Assembly (NCBI GenBank): GCA_963702425.1
Contig: CAVPCQ010000037.1
Location: 320,001 to 384,000, forward strand
Source of the DNA: an uncultured Acidobacteriota bacterium
GTDB lineage: Bacteria; Acidobacteriota; Polarisedimenticolia; J045
Length of the DNA stretch: 64,000 bases
Reading direction: 5' to 3'
Shown here: one piece after another, positions 28,543 through 38,882 of the stretch
Layout: every line of letters begins with the position of its first letter
How positions within the stretch are numbered: the first letter of the stretch is position 1
The notes under the pieces: generated by a model
The model's input: only the letters and a program-made list of their open reading frames with translations
The model's database searches: none
What the model was told of the DNA's origin: nothing
Program-made: the position numbers and the translations under genes

Positions 28543-29496
28543 TCACTCCCCGGGGCGCGCGGCGCGCGGCCCGGAGCGCGGGCCCGTCGGGCGCCGGTTC
28601 CCGGACCCGAAGCTGCGGGCGTAGGCGGAGAGCAGCTCGCGGGCGGCGGCGCCACGCCGCGTGCGGGCCAGCTCCTGCGCCTCGCCCAGCACCGTCAGCG
28701 GGGTCAGGACCAGCGACGCGAGGCGCCCGTGGTGCTTGCGGTGGAAGATGCGGGTGCTGTGGACCTTGCATTCCCAGCGCCAGCGTTCGGACCGCAGGCC
28801 CCGCGCACCGTCGGGCGCGTCGTGCCGGATCACGGCCCGTGGGTCGCACCAGACCTCGTACCCGGCGGCTTCCATCCGGCGGCAGAGGTCGAGGTCCTCG
28901 TAGTACATGAAGAACTCCGGGTCGAGTGGACCGGTCCGCCGCAGCGCCTCCGCGCGCAGCATCATCGCGTGGCCCCAGACGTAGTCGGTCCGGCGGGGTT
29001 CGTCGTCCCCGCCCGCGTCGCCCGACTCGATCCCCGGGATCCGCTGGCGGAGCGGCAGCGTGCGGCGCCAGGCCCCCTTGTAGAGCAGCTTCGGGGAGCC
29101 GTCGGGCATCGCCTGGGTGGAGTGCGTCTTGGGGCCGACCACACCGGCTCGCGGGTGCGACTCCATGAACGCCACCAGCCGCGCGACGAGGTCGGAAGCA
29201 CCCTCGGTGTCGGGGTTGACGAGCAGGACGAATTCATCGCCCGCATCCAGCGCGTTCGCGATCCCGACATTGCAGCCACCGGCAAACCCGAGGTTCCGGT
29301 CGTTGCGAAGCAGCGTGCAGGCCGGAAAGCGCTCGGCGACGGCGGCGACCGTGTCGTCGGCGGAGGCGTTGTCCACGACCAGGACGCGCAGCCGCGGGTA
29401 GTCCGACGCGAGCAGCCAGCGCGCACAGCTCAGCACGTCGTCGCGGCCGTTGTAGGAGAGGACGATCGCGGCGACGGACGGGGCGGTTCCGCTCAT
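28543..29496 (-). CDS. GT2 glycosyltransferase (WbbL/rhamnosyltransferase-like)
   Basis: IVLSYNG, VVDNAS, NLGFAGGCN, LLVNPD, FFMYYEDLDLC. Confidence 0.88.
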   Translation of the reverse strand: MSGTAPSVAAIVLSYNGRDDVLSCARWLLASDYPRLRVLVVDNASADDTVAAVAERFPACTLLRNDRNLGFAGGCNVGIANALDAGDEFVLLVNPDTEGASDLVARLVAFMESHPRAGVVGPKTHSTQAMPDGSPKLLYKGAWRRTLPLRQRIPGIESGDAGGDDEPRRTDYVWGHAMMLRAEALRRTGPLDPEFFMYYEDLDLCRRMEAAGYEVWCDPRAVIRHDAPDGARGLRSERWRWECKVHSTRIFHRKHHGRLASLVLTPLTVLGEAQELARTRRGAAARELLSAYARSFGSGNRRPTGPRSGPRAARPGE

Positions 29497-29742
29497 GCGT
29501 CCGGCCCGGCGCCGGCGTCGCGGCGCGGCGCGCGCGCCGGTCCGTCGACGCGCCGCCGCCCGGCACCGCGGTGCGGATGCCGGCTCGGCCGTCCCGTCTC
29601 GATCACGGGCCCGGGCCGGGCGATCACGGTGTATTCTCCGCAGCCATGCGAGCCATGGAGTATACGGCGAGCGGCAGCAGCGGGTCGGACGGCCCGCCGG
29701 CCTCGCCCGCGCTCCCGCGGCGGCCCGCGGAACAGGACGGAC

Positions 29743-31479
29743 GTGACTGAGCGCGCGCCGGGCACCGCGGCCGAGGCCCCCGGCGTAACCCGGCGCGGCC
29801 CCTCGCCTGGCGTCGCGCTGGCGATCCTGAACCTCGTCGCGGTCCTGCTCGCACTGCACTTCCTGAACGGCCGGCTGGGCGAATGGGGCGGCGACAACGT
29901 CCGCTACATGCTGCTGGCCGACGCGCTCGCCTCGGGCCGGGGCTACGTCGACATCTTCCTGCCCGGCGCGCCGTTCCACACCGTCTACCCGCCGGTCCTG
30001 CCGGTGCTGCTCACGCCCCTCGTCGCGGCCGGCGCGTCGCTCGTCGTGCTCAACGCCTTCGTGGCGCTGCTGGCGATCGCCGGCCTCAACCTCGCGTACC
30101 TCTTCCTCGCCTCGACCTACGGGTCGCTCACCAGCCTCTTGATCGTGCTCTCGACCGCCTGCTGCGGGGCGTTCCTGGACCCGGCGCTGTCGGTGATGAG
30201 CGACGGGCCGTACTTCCTGCTCTCGATGGCCGCGCTGCTCGCGGTGCGCCGGGCCTTCCGCAGCGAGGCGCGCCGTACGGGCCTCCTCGTGCTGGCCGGC
30301 GTGCTGGTCGGGCTGGCGATCCTCACCCGCATCGCGGGCATCGTGCTGCTGCCGACGGTCGGCGCGTACGCCCTCCTCGGCCACCTGCCGGCCCTGTCGC
30401 TCCGGCGGCGGGTCGAGCGGCTGGCCGTCCTCGGTCTCGTGGCGCTCGCGCTGACCGGGGCCTGGCCGCTGATCGTGCTGAGCCAGGACCGGGTCGGGCA
30501 GCGGAGCTACCTCTGGGAGTTCCTGAACCTGGGGACCGCGAAGGAACGCCAGGGCGGGGGAGGCGGGCCCGCGCGGCCCAGCCTGGTGATGCGGCCGTTC
30601 TACAACGCGTGGGACCTCAGCGAGCGGCTCGCGAACACGCCGATGCCGCGGCAGGCGGCGCGTCTCGGACCGGGCGTCGGCCGCGCGATCGGTCTCGCCT
30701 TCGTTACGGTCTGCGCTGCCGCCGCCGCGCTGGTGCTGCTCGGACTGGCGCGAGGACTGTTTCGCCGGCGCGAGGTCCAGGACTTCTACGTCCCGTTCTA
30801 CGGTGCGCTGCTCCTGATGTGGGTTGGCGGGGGATTCCGGCTCGTGATGCCGATCATCCCGTTGCTCCTGGCCTACGCCTGGGACGGCGTCGTCGCGGCG
30901 GGGCGCCGGCTCTCCCGCGGGGGGGCCCGGGACGCGGAGCGGGACGGCGGGCGCCGTCTCGCGCGGGCCGGGAACGCCGTGCTCGCGCTGACGATCGTCG
31001 CCAACCTGGCCGTGACCTTCTCCTTCCCGCTGATCAACGACCGGCTCCACGGGCGCTACGCGCCCTGGTGGAACGACTTCCTGGCGATCTCCTGCGGTCT
31101 CGCGGCGCGGGTCGGGCCGCGCGACGCGGTGATCTCGGCGCCCGACGGCGTGCTCTTCTGGCTGGCCGGCGTTCCGGCCGCGCCGCTGCCGCGCTTCCGT
31201 GCGCCGGAGGACACGCTGCAGGCGATCCTCGACAGCCACGCCGCCTACCTGGTCACCACGCCGATCCAGGAGCAGAAGTACGGGCGGAGCATCCTGCGGA
31301 CGATCGAGGCCTTTCCGGAGCGGTTCCGCAGCGTGGCGCGCGCGGGAGAGGTCGAGGCCTACGCGATCGTGCGCGAACCGGACGCGCCGATCTCCCCCGC
31401 GCCACCGGCTGCGCCCGCCGAGCGGGGCACCGGCGCCGCTCGGGCGCTACCCCCGCGCTGCGCCGCCATCCTGCGCTGA
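29743..31479 (+). CDS. GT-C fold membrane glycosyltransferase (GT39/ArnT-like)
   Basis: GDNVRYMLLA..LASGRGY, YPPVLPVLL, VMSDGPY, LAILTRIAG; many TM helices and a soluble C-terminal domain. Confidence 0.7.
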   Translation: MTERAPGTAAEAPGVTRRGPSPGVALAILNLVAVLLALHFLNGRLGEWGGDNVRYMLLADALASGRGYVDIFLPGAPFHTVYPPVLPVLLTPLVAAGASLVVLNAFVALLAIAGLNLAYLFLASTYGSLTSLLIVLSTACCGAFLDPALSVMSDGPYFLLSMAALLAVRRAFRSEARRTGLLVLAGVLVGLAILTRIAGIVLLPTVGAYALLGHLPALSLRRRVERLAVLGLVALALTGAWPLIVLSQDRVGQRSYLWEFLNLGTAKERQGGGGGPARPSLVMRPFYNAWDLSERLANTPMPRQAARLGPGVGRAIGLAFVTVCAAAAALVLLGLARGLFRRREVQDFYVPFYGALLLMWVGGGFRLVMPIIPLLLAYAWDGVVAAGRRLSRGGARDAERDGGRRLARAGNAVLALTIVANLAVTFSFPLINDRLHGRYAPWWNDFLAISCGLAARVGPRDAVISAPDGVLFWLAGVPAAPLPRFRAPEDTLQAILDSHAAYLVTTPIQEQKYGRSILRTIEAFPERFRSVARAGEVEAYAIVREPDAPISPAPPAAPAERGTGAARALPPRCAAILR

Positions 31480-32493
31480 TCAGCGGGGACGATCCTCGTT
31501 CCAGTCGCGGGGGACGATCCCCAGCAGCCCCGCGAACTGGACCCAGGCGAAGCTGGCCCCGGAGTAGAAGAAGTAGAGCAGGTGCAGCGGGATGCAGCGC
31601 AGCGCGAACCAGGGCCCGCGCGCGCGGCAGAGGAACCGGAAGAGCTGCCGGTTCAGGGCGACGACCAGCAGCACCGCGACGACCGCTCCTGCGAGGAACC
31701 ACGGGCTGAGCAAGGCCAGCGGCAGGCAGAGCAGCGCCAGCCCGGTCAGCAGCACCGACAGCTTCTGGCTCTGCTTGATGTTCAGGTCGTCGGGTGCGCT
31801 CCCCTGCGCGCGGTTGAGGCGCGCCCAGGGGATTGCGCGGCAGAAGACGTCGGTCAGCACCATCGAGCGGATCGTCCACTGCTTGAGGTGCATGCAGAGC
31901 AGGGTCGGGTCGAGCACGATCGAGTGCCCCGCGCGCCGCAGCCGGTAGCCCAGCTCGATGTCCTCGATGCAACGCGGGTGGCCCTGTTCGTCGAACCCGC
32001 CGGCCGCGAGGAAGGCCTCGCGCCGGATCGCCCCGCAGCCGGACCAGAAGGTCGAGGCCTCGCGGTGGCCGGTCTGGTGGGTGTAGTGGTGCAGCAGGTT
32101 CCGGTACTGGCTGACCGTGCCCGGCACCGCCGGCCGGTCGTCGTAGGAGCCGAAGACGGCCGTTGCCTCGGGGTGGGCGTCGAGGAACGCCAGCACGCGC
32201 GCGATCGCGCCGGGGTGGACCACGACGTCGGCGTCGACGAAGTAGAGGATCTCGCCCCGCGCCTCGCGGGCGCCTGCGTTGCGTGCGCGCGAGGGGCCGC
32301 CGTTGACGGACTGGCGAACGACCCGCGCGCCCTTCGCCGCCGCGAGGGACGGTGTCTCGTCGCGCGAGGCGTCGTCGACCACGATGATCTCGCACCCGGC
32401 GGGGTCTCCTTCGGCCAGCGCGTCGAGGCACCGGGCCAGGTACGACGCAGCGTTGCAGGCGGGAATCACCACCGACACTCGGCACTCCGACAT
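31480..32493 (-). CDS. GT2 glycosyltransferase with C-terminal TM helices
   Basis: VSVVIPACNA, VVDDAS, GPSRARNAGA, FVDADV, GGFDE, IEDIELG. Confidence 0.9.
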   Translation of the reverse strand: MSECRVSVVIPACNAASYLARCLDALAEGDPAGCEIIVVDDASRDETPSLAAAKGARVVRQSVNGGPSRARNAGAREARGEILYFVDADVVVHPGAIARVLAFLDAHPEATAVFGSYDDRPAVPGTVSQYRNLLHHYTHQTGHREASTFWSGCGAIRREAFLAAGGFDEQGHPRCIEDIELGYRLRRAGHSIVLDPTLLCMHLKQWTIRSMVLTDVFCRAIPWARLNRAQGSAPDDLNIKQSQKLSVLLTGLALLCLPLALLSPWFLAGAVVAVLLVVALNRQLFRFLCRARGPWFALRCIPLHLLYFFYSGASFAWVQFAGLLGIVPRDWNEDRPR

Positions 32494-32495
32494 GC

Positions 32496-34052
32496 TCAGC
32501 CTCGCGGCCGTCCGCGCGGGACGGAACCACTCATGATGGCACGGCCGGCGACCTCCGAGCGCACCGCGCGCCAGACCGCGCGGTCGTCGGCGCTGACCCC
32601 GATCGCCAGGAACAGCGCCAGGCAGGCCAGGCCGAAGGCCGCTGCGGGAACGAGCCAGCCCCAGCGTCCGGGGACCGCGTGCCGCAGCGGGAAGGCCGCG
32701 AGCGCAAGCAGCGCGATCCCGACGACCGGGACGAGGCTCTTCCGGTTCCAGGGGAGCATCCGGAACAGCGTCCAGACCTGCGTGACCTGCAGCAGCTTGA
32801 TCGCCAGCAGCGCGACGCTGCTGGCGGCGGCGGCCCCGAGCGCGCCGTAGCGCGGGATCCAGGCCCATTGGAGCGCGGCGCCGAGTGCGACCCCGAGCGC
32901 CAGGTCGGCCAGGTTGAGGCGGGTCCGCCCGGTGATCGCGAAGAACCGCCCGGAGAGGCCGGCCGCGACGGCGATCCCCTTGCCCGCCGCGAGCACGATC
33001 AGCGGCGCGGCGCCGGCCACGAACTCCGGGCCGAAGAGGGCCAGCCAGTCCTCCGCCCAGAGCATCAGCGCCGCGGCCGAAGCCAGCCCCGGCCACAGCG
33101 CCCAGCGCGCGGTCAGGTCGTAGAGGTGACGCATCCCGGTTTCGTCGCCGGCGACGAAGTGGTCGGCCAGGCGGGCCTGGAAGATCGGCGCGAGGCTCTC
33201 CTGCGCCAGCAGGACGCCGGTCGCGAGCCGCGAAGCGACGCCGTAGACGCCGACCTCGCGCGCCGGGCGAAAGACGCCCATCAGCAGCAGGTCCATGAAG
33301 CCGAGCAAGAACGACAGCAGGGATCCGACCATCAGCGGCCAGGAGTAGGCGGCGAGGGGACCGATCGGCAGGCCGGGTCTGTTCGCAGCCGCCGGTGCGG
33401 GTCGGCCCGGCGTGCGCGGGGCCAGCCGCGCGAGCCGCAGCGCGCCGACGAGGATCCCTGCCGCCGGTCCCGCGAGCGTCGACCCTACGACGCCGCGCCA
33501 GCCCCAGCCGACCGACCAGCTCAACGCCATTCCCGCGGCCGTCACCCCGAGCGCGATCACGGAGTCGGTCCAGGCCGCCTCCTTGACCGCCTGGAAGCCC
33601 TGCAGGTTGGCGACGATCGTCGCCAGCAGCGCGGCCAGGACGACCAGCGCGGCGAGCGACCGCAAACCGCTCGCCAGGGCCGGGTCGTGGAACAGCGCGG
33701 AGGAGAGCCGCGGCGCGAGCGCGAAGAGCAGCAGCGCGAGGCTCGCCGACAGGCCGAGCGCGAGCGCCAGCGACGCGCGGACGACGGCGCGGATCGCCCG
33801 CGGGTCGCCGCCGCGGCGGGCCTGCGACAGGAAGGGCAGGACCCCCGGCGACAGCCCCATCCCGGCCACCAGGCTGGCGATCGCCGTGATCGTGAGGGCG
33901 AGCGTGTAGGTGCCGTAACCGGCGGCGCCGATCACGCGGGCGGCAAAGGCGGCGGCGACGTAACGCATCCCACCGCCGACCACGTGGGCCGCCGCGACGC
34001 CCCCGGCCTCGCGCGCGACGAGGCGGGCCTGCCGCGACGCGGGGCCGCTCAA
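32496..34052 (-). CDS. wzx: Wzx/MOP-family flippase
   Basis: ARVIGAAGYGTY, DLLLMGVF...EVGVYGVA, LALFGPEF, WIPRYGALGAAAA; about 14 TM helices. The TTG start overlaps the upstream stop. Confidence 0.85.
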   Translation of the reverse strand: MSGPASRQARLVAREAGGVAAAHVVGGGMRYVAAAFAARVIGAAGYGTYTLALTITAIASLVAGMGLSPGVLPFLSQARRGGDPRAIRAVVRASLALALGLSASLALLLFALAPRLSSALFHDPALASGLRSLAALVVLAALLATIVANLQGFQAVKEAAWTDSVIALGVTAAGMALSWSVGWGWRGVVGSTLAGPAAGILVGALRLARLAPRTPGRPAPAAANRPGLPIGPLAAYSWPLMVGSLLSFLLGFMDLLLMGVFRPAREVGVYGVASRLATGVLLAQESLAPIFQARLADHFVAGDETGMRHLYDLTARWALWPGLASAAALMLWAEDWLALFGPEFVAGAAPLIVLAAGKGIAVAAGLSGRFFAITGRTRLNLADLALGVALGAALQWAWIPRYGALGAAAASSVALLAIKLLQVTQVWTLFRMLPWNRKSLVPVVGIALLALAAFPLRHAVPGRWGWLVPAAAFGLACLALFLAIGVSADDRAVWRAVRSEVAGRAIMSGSVPRGRPRG

Positions 34053-34963
34053 TCCACGGCCCAGCCCATGCTCCGCACGGCGTCGATCGAGCGCTCGTCG
34101 AACGTGGAGAGATCGTGCTGGCGATAGCGTCCGCTCGAGGCCGAAGGGACCGCGAGCGCGCGGATCCGGTCGAGTGGCAGGCCGCGCGGGTCGAGCTCCA
34201 GGAAGTCGATCAGCCCGGGCAGGACCCGGTCGGGAGTCGCCGCCAGCGCGTCGTAGTTGAGGACCATGAAGCGCCTGCCCAGCAGGCGCTCGCCGTCGGC
34301 CGTGGCGCGCTCGGCGGCCTTGATCCAGTAGTCGAGCATCGCCTGCGGCTGGGGCACCCCCGGCGCCGCGGACGGCTGCACGCCGTACAGCGGACCCCAC
34401 AGATGGAGCTGGGTCTGGTTGCGGCTGAAAGCCATGTCGAGCCCGTGGCGGGCGACGTAGATGAACTTGAGGTCGGGCCAGTACTCGGCCAGCGGGCGCA
34501 GGTAGACATGGGAGTTGGGTTCCTTCCAGCCCCACGGGCCCGCGCGAGGGGTCGCGAAGCGCAGCGCGAGGACCAGCCGCGAGGACTGCGCGAGCGGCCA
34601 GCCGGGCGTGAACGCGCGGGTCTGACCGTGGCGGCCGAGCAACGCCTCCCGCACGGCCCGCCCCAGGAATCTGAAGGACGCATAGCCGAGCTCGCCGCGC
34701 GCCACCATCGCGCGCTCGAGGATCCGGAACCCGACCTTCACCTCTTGCGAATTCCGGGCCATCGCCTCGGCGTACCAGCGCGGGCGCTTGAACAGCAGCG
34801 TGAACCAGAGGTTGTCGCGGGCCTGGTTGAGGTCCTCGCCGAGGAACCAGCCGAGCTCCTGGACGATCTCCGCGACGAGGCGCGTGCCGCTGCCGCCGAG
34901 CCCGCCGATGACGAGCGGCCCGGCAGTTCCTGCGGCGGCCGGACCGGCCGGCGAGGTGCTCAC
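34049..34963 (-). CDS. PAPS-dependent sulfotransferase
   Basis: IGGLGGSGTRLV (5'-PSB loop), WGWKEP, IYVARHGLDMAFS (3'-PB). An alternative ATG lies at 35020. Confidence 0.85.
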   Translation of the reverse strand: MSTSPAGPAAAGTAGPLVIGGLGGSGTRLVAEIVQELGWFLGEDLNQARDNLWFTLLFKRPRWYAEAMARNSQEVKVGFRILERAMVARGELGYASFRFLGRAVREALLGRHGQTRAFTPGWPLAQSSRLVLALRFATPRAGPWGWKEPNSHVYLRPLAEYWPDLKFIYVARHGLDMAFSRNQTQLHLWGPLYGVQPSAAPGVPQPQAMLDYWIKAAERATADGERLLGRRFMVLNYDALAATPDRVLPGLIDFLELDPRGLPLDRIRALAVPSASSGRYRQHDLSTFDERSIDAVRSMGWAVD

Positions 34964-35081
34964 GCTCTGCCTTTCCGCGCGGCCGCGCGCGCGCGCCCCG
35001 GGGTCCCCGCCCCGGTTCATCTGAATGTACGGGGAGGCCCGTCGGGGGGCAACGGCCCCCCGGTGAAGGTCCGGGCCGGCT

Positions 35082-36002
35082 TCAGCGGGACGGCACGGCG
35101 CCGGGAATGTCCCCGTAGCCGAGCGCCTGCATCGCGTGGGATCCCCGCACCCGCTCGTAGAACCCGACCAGCGGTTCGTGGCCGAGGAAGGCGTAGGCCC
35201 GCGAGCGGTCGATCCCCCGCGCGGCCTCGCGGATCGCCTCCGGCGTCGCGGAGAGCCCGCAGAAACGCGTGATGCGCTCGAGCTGCGCCTCGGGCTCCGC
35301 GATCAGGGCCTCGTAGCGGACGGCCAGCTTCGGCCCCTCGTAACGGGCGAGCAGAGCCTCCGCCTCCGTAACGTACTCCTGCCACAGATCGAACGCGTCC
35401 TCGAGCGCCAGGCAGCGCGTGGAGAAGAGGTAGTTCTCGAACGACTCGGTCGACTTCAGCACGTCCTGCCAGCGCCCCATCAGCGGGCGGATCCGCAGAT
35501 AGGCGTCGTCTTCACGGTCGCCCTTCCAGCGCGCGGCCTCGCGCGTCGCGAGGCTCTGCGCCGCGTCGACCCCGTTGCGCTGGATGACGACCAGCTTCGC
35601 ACCCGGGAAGACCCGGCTCCAGAGCGGGAAGGTGAAGACGGCGCGCGGGTCCTTGAAGCCCCAAGGGCCGGAGGCCGGATCGAGCGAGTGCCCGCCCGTG
35701 AAGTCGGCAAAGCGCGGCGAGGCGACCGTCCGCGCCAGGAGCCCCGCGGTGTCGTCGAAGAAACGCGGGTGGCGCAGGTACCGCAGCGTCGGAAGGGGAT
35801 AGTCCCAGGCTCCGCCGGCGCGGCGCATCACCCATTCGTCGAGGCGCATGAAGAAGTAGTCCTCGGCGTTGGGGTCGGTCCGTGCGCCGAAGTGGCCGCC
35901 GAGTCCCGACAGCAGGCGCACCAGCATCGTCGTGCCGCAGCGGTGCATCCCGGTCACGACGACCGGGGGGGAGGCGGGCGGCGTGCGCGCAGCGTCGGCC
36001 AT
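35082..36002 (-). CDS. PAPS-dependent sulfotransferase
   Basis: VTGMHRCGTTML, WGFKDPR, IQRNGVDAAQSL, VRYEALIAEP. Confidence 0.88.
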   Translation of the reverse strand: MADAARTPPASPPVVVTGMHRCGTTMLVRLLSGLGGHFGARTDPNAEDYFFMRLDEWVMRRAGGAWDYPLPTLRYLRHPRFFDDTAGLLARTVASPRFADFTGGHSLDPASGPWGFKDPRAVFTFPLWSRVFPGAKLVVIQRNGVDAAQSLATREAARWKGDREDDAYLRIRPLMGRWQDVLKSTESFENYLFSTRCLALEDAFDLWQEYVTEAEALLARYEGPKLAVRYEALIAEPEAQLERITRFCGLSATPEAIREAARGIDRSRAYAFLGHEPLVGFYERVRGSHAMQALGYGDIPGAVPSR

Positions 36003-36025
36003 CGAGCGTCCTCGTCCGCTCCCGC

Positions 36026-37954
36026 TCAGCGCGGGAGGAGGAAACCCAGCTCGCGCAGCCGCGCGAGGATCGTCTCGCAGCACTCGTCGAGCGACATCTG
36101 GCCGGTCGGGACGACGATCTCCGGCCGGGTCGGCGGCTCGTAGGGGGCGCTGATCCCGCTGAAGTCCTTGATCTCGCCGGCCCGTGCCCGGGCGTAGAGG
36201 CCGGTGGTGTCGCGCGCCTCGCAGACCGCCAGCGGAGCGTCGCAGAAGACTTCGACGAACGCGCCCTCGCCGACCAGCTGCCGCGCCGCCGCGCGATCGG
36301 CCTCGAACGGCGCGACGAACGAGGCGATCGTGATCAGGCCGAGGTCGCCGGCGAGCTTCGCCATCTCGGCCGCGCGCCGGATGTTCTCGGCCCGGTCGAG
36401 CGCGGAGAAGGTCAGGTCGTGGCTGATCCCCAGCCGGACGTTGCTGCCGTCGAGCACGTAGGCGAAGTAGCCCTGCTCGAACAGCGTCTGCTCGAGGCGG
36501 TAGGCGATCGACGACTTGCCGGAGCGGGGCAGCCCGGTCAGCCAGAGCGTGAAGGGACGCTGTCCCAGGCGCTCGGCCCGGGCCTCGGGGGAGATCGCGC
36601 TGCGCCGCGGGGTGGGGCGGATGCGCTTGCCTTCGGCCTCGGCCGTGGCGGGGGTGACGTCGAGCAGCATGCCGGCCCCGGCGGTCGCGTTCGTCAACCG
36701 GTCGATGAGAATGAAGGCGCCCATCGCGCGGCTCTTCTTGTAGGGGTCGAAGAGCAGGGGGCGCGCCGTCGTCACCGCCGCGCGGCCGATCTCGTTCAGC
36801 TCCAACGCCGCGGCCGGCTCACGGTGCAGCGTGTTGACGTTGACCTTGTAGCGCAGCGCCGTGACCGCGGCCTGGGTCGTCCCGCTGGCGTGCTTCAACA
36901 GGTAGGGCCGCCCGGGGACGAGCTCCTCCTCGGCCATCCAGACGATCATCGCCTCGAACGCCTGCTGGCTGCGCGGGACGTTGCCCGGGCGGACCAGGAC
37001 GTCGCCGCGCCCGACGTCGAGCTGGTCCTCCAGCGTGACCGTCACCGCCGCGGGGGGCAGGGCCTCCTCGAGTTCGCCGTCGAAGGTGACGATCGAGCGG
37101 ATCCGCGAGCGGTTCCCCGACGGGAGCGCGATCACCTGGTCGCCCCGCCGCAGGACCCCCGACGCCAGGGTGCCGCAGTAGCCGCGGAAGCGGTGATCGG
37201 GGCGGGTGACGTACTGGACCGGGAAGCGCAGGTCGATCAGGTTCCGGTCGCTCGAGACGTGGACCGTCTCGAGGTAGTCGAGCAGCGGGCTCCCCTGGTA
37301 CCAGGGCATCGAGTCGCCGCGGTGGACCACGTTGTCGCCGCCCAGCGCCGAGACCGGGATGAAGTGCAGGTCCGGCACCTCGAGCCGCTGGGCGAAGTCG
37401 GCGTAGTCGGCGCGTACCCGCTCGAAGACCGCCTGCGAGAAGCCGACCAGGTCCATCTTGTTCACGGCGACGACGATGTGGCGGATCCCGAGCAGCGAGA
37501 CGATGAAGCTGTGGCGGCGCGTCTGTGGCAGCACGCCCTGCTCGGCGTCGATGAGAATCACAGCGAGGTTGGCGGTCGAGGCGCCGGTGGCCATGTTGCG
37601 GGTGTACTGCTCGTGGCCCGGGGTGTCGGCGAGAATGAACTTGCGCCGCCCGGTCGCGAAGTAGCGGTAGGCGACGTCGATCGTGATCCCCTGCTCGCGC
37701 TCGGCGCCCAGGCCGTCGACCAGCAGGGCGAAGTCGAGATTCCCCGCGCCGGCGTGGCCGTGCCGCGCGCTGTCCCGCTCCAGGGCCGCGAGGTGGTCGT
37801 CGGCGACCAGTCCGGCGTCGTACAGCAGCCGGCCGATCAGCGTGCTCTTGCCGTCGTCGACGCTGCCGCAGGTGATGAAGCGCAGCAGGTCCTTGCGGCC
37901 GTGGCTCTCGAGGAAGGCGAGCACGTCCCCCGGCGCCGGATCGCGCTCGATCAT
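36026..37954 (-). CDS. cysN: bifunctional sulfate adenylyltransferase large subunit / APS kinase (CysN/CysC, NodQ-like)
   Basis: CGSVDDGKSTLIGRLL, EREQGITIDVAYRYF, DTPGHEQYTRNM, NKMD; C-terminal kinase WLTGLPRSGKS...LDGSNVR. Confidence 0.95.
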   Translation of the reverse strand: MIERDPAPGDVLAFLESHGRKDLLRFITCGSVDDGKSTLIGRLLYDAGLVADDHLAALERDSARHGHAGAGNLDFALLVDGLGAEREQGITIDVAYRYFATGRRKFILADTPGHEQYTRNMATGASTANLAVILIDAEQGVLPQTRRHSFIVSLLGIRHIVVAVNKMDLVGFSQAVFERVRADYADFAQRLEVPDLHFIPVSALGGDNVVHRGDSMPWYQGSPLLDYLETVHVSSDRNLIDLRFPVQYVTRPDHRFRGYCGTLASGVLRRGDQVIALPSGNRSRIRSIVTFDGELEEALPPAAVTVTLEDQLDVGRGDVLVRPGNVPRSQQAFEAMIVWMAEEELVPGRPYLLKHASGTTQAAVTALRYKVNVNTLHREPAAALELNEIGRAAVTTARPLLFDPYKKSRAMGAFILIDRLTNATAGAGMLLDVTPATAEAEGKRIRPTPRRSAISPEARAERLGQRPFTLWLTGLPRSGKSSIAYRLEQTLFEQGYFAYVLDGSNVRLGISHDLTFSALDRAENIRRAAEMAKLAGDLGLITIASFVAPFEADRAAARQLVGEGAFVEVFCDAPLAVCEARDTTGLYARARAGEIKDFSGISAPYEPPTRPEIVVPTGQMSLDECCETILARLRELGFLLPR

Positions 37955-37976
37955 CTCGTGTCCGTCCCGGCGGTGT

Positions 37977-38882
37977 TCAGAAGTAGCCCTCCCGCTTCTT
38001 CTTCTCCATCGAGGCCGTCTCGTCGTGGTCGATCACCCGCCCCTGCCGCTCCGAGCTGCGGGTGCGGATCATCTCGTCGATGATCGCCGGCAGCGTGTCC
38101 GCCGTCGACGGCACCGCCCCGGTCAGCGGGTAGCAGCCCAGGGTGCGGAAGCGGACCATCATCGGCTGCGGCGTCTCGCCGGGCGCCAGCGGCAGACGGT
38201 CGTCGTCGACCATGATCAGCGCGCCGTCGCGCTCGACGATCGGCCGCTCCTTGGCGAAGTAGAGCGGCACGACCGGGATCCCCTCGACCAGGATGTACTG
38301 CCAGACGTCGAGCTCGGTCCAGTTGGAGAGTGGGAAGACGCGGATCGACTCGCCCTTGCGCAGCTTCGTGTTGAACAGGTTCCAGAGCTCCGGGCGCTGG
38401 TTCTTGGGGTCCCACTGGTGCTCGCGGTCGCGGAACGAGAAGACCCGCTCCTTGGCCCGGCTCTTCTCCTCATCGCGCCGCGCGCCGCCGAAGGCGGCGT
38501 CGAAACCGTGCTGGTCCAGCGCCTGCTTCAGCGCGACGGTCTTCATCTCGTTGGTGTGGACCTGGCTGCCGTGCACGATCGGGCTGATCCCGCGCGCCAG
38601 CGCCTCGCGGTTGATGTAGACGATCAGGTCGAGCCCGTTCTCGCGGCAGAAGCGGTCCCGGAACTCGATCATCTCGCGGAATTTCCACGTGGTGTCGACG
38701 TGCAGCAGGGGGAAGGGGACCGGCGCCGGGAAGAAGGCCTTCTGCGCCAGGCGGACCATCACCCCGGAATCCTTGCCGATCGAGTAGAGCATCACCGGCT
38801 TCTCGAACTCGGCGGCGACCTCGCGGATGATATGGATGCTCTCGGCCTCGAGCAGCTCGAGGTGCGGCGGTTTCCTGCTCAC
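37977..38882 (-). CDS. cysD: sulfate adenylyltransferase small subunit
   Basis: [52 protein letters not shown]. Confidence 0.96.
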   Translation of the reverse strand: MSRKPPHLELLEAESIHIIREVAAEFEKPVMLYSIGKDSGVMVRLAQKAFFPAPVPFPLLHVDTTWKFREMIEFRDRFCRENGLDLIVYINREALARGISPIVHGSQVHTNEMKTVALKQALDQHGFDAAFGGARRDEEKSRAKERVFSFRDREHQWDPKNQRPELWNLFNTKLRKGESIRVFPLSNWTELDVWQYILVEGIPVVPLYFAKERPIVERDGALIMVDDDRLPLAPGETPQPMMVRFRTLGCYPLTGAVPSTADTLPAIIDEMIRTRSSERQGRVIDHDETASMEKKKREGYF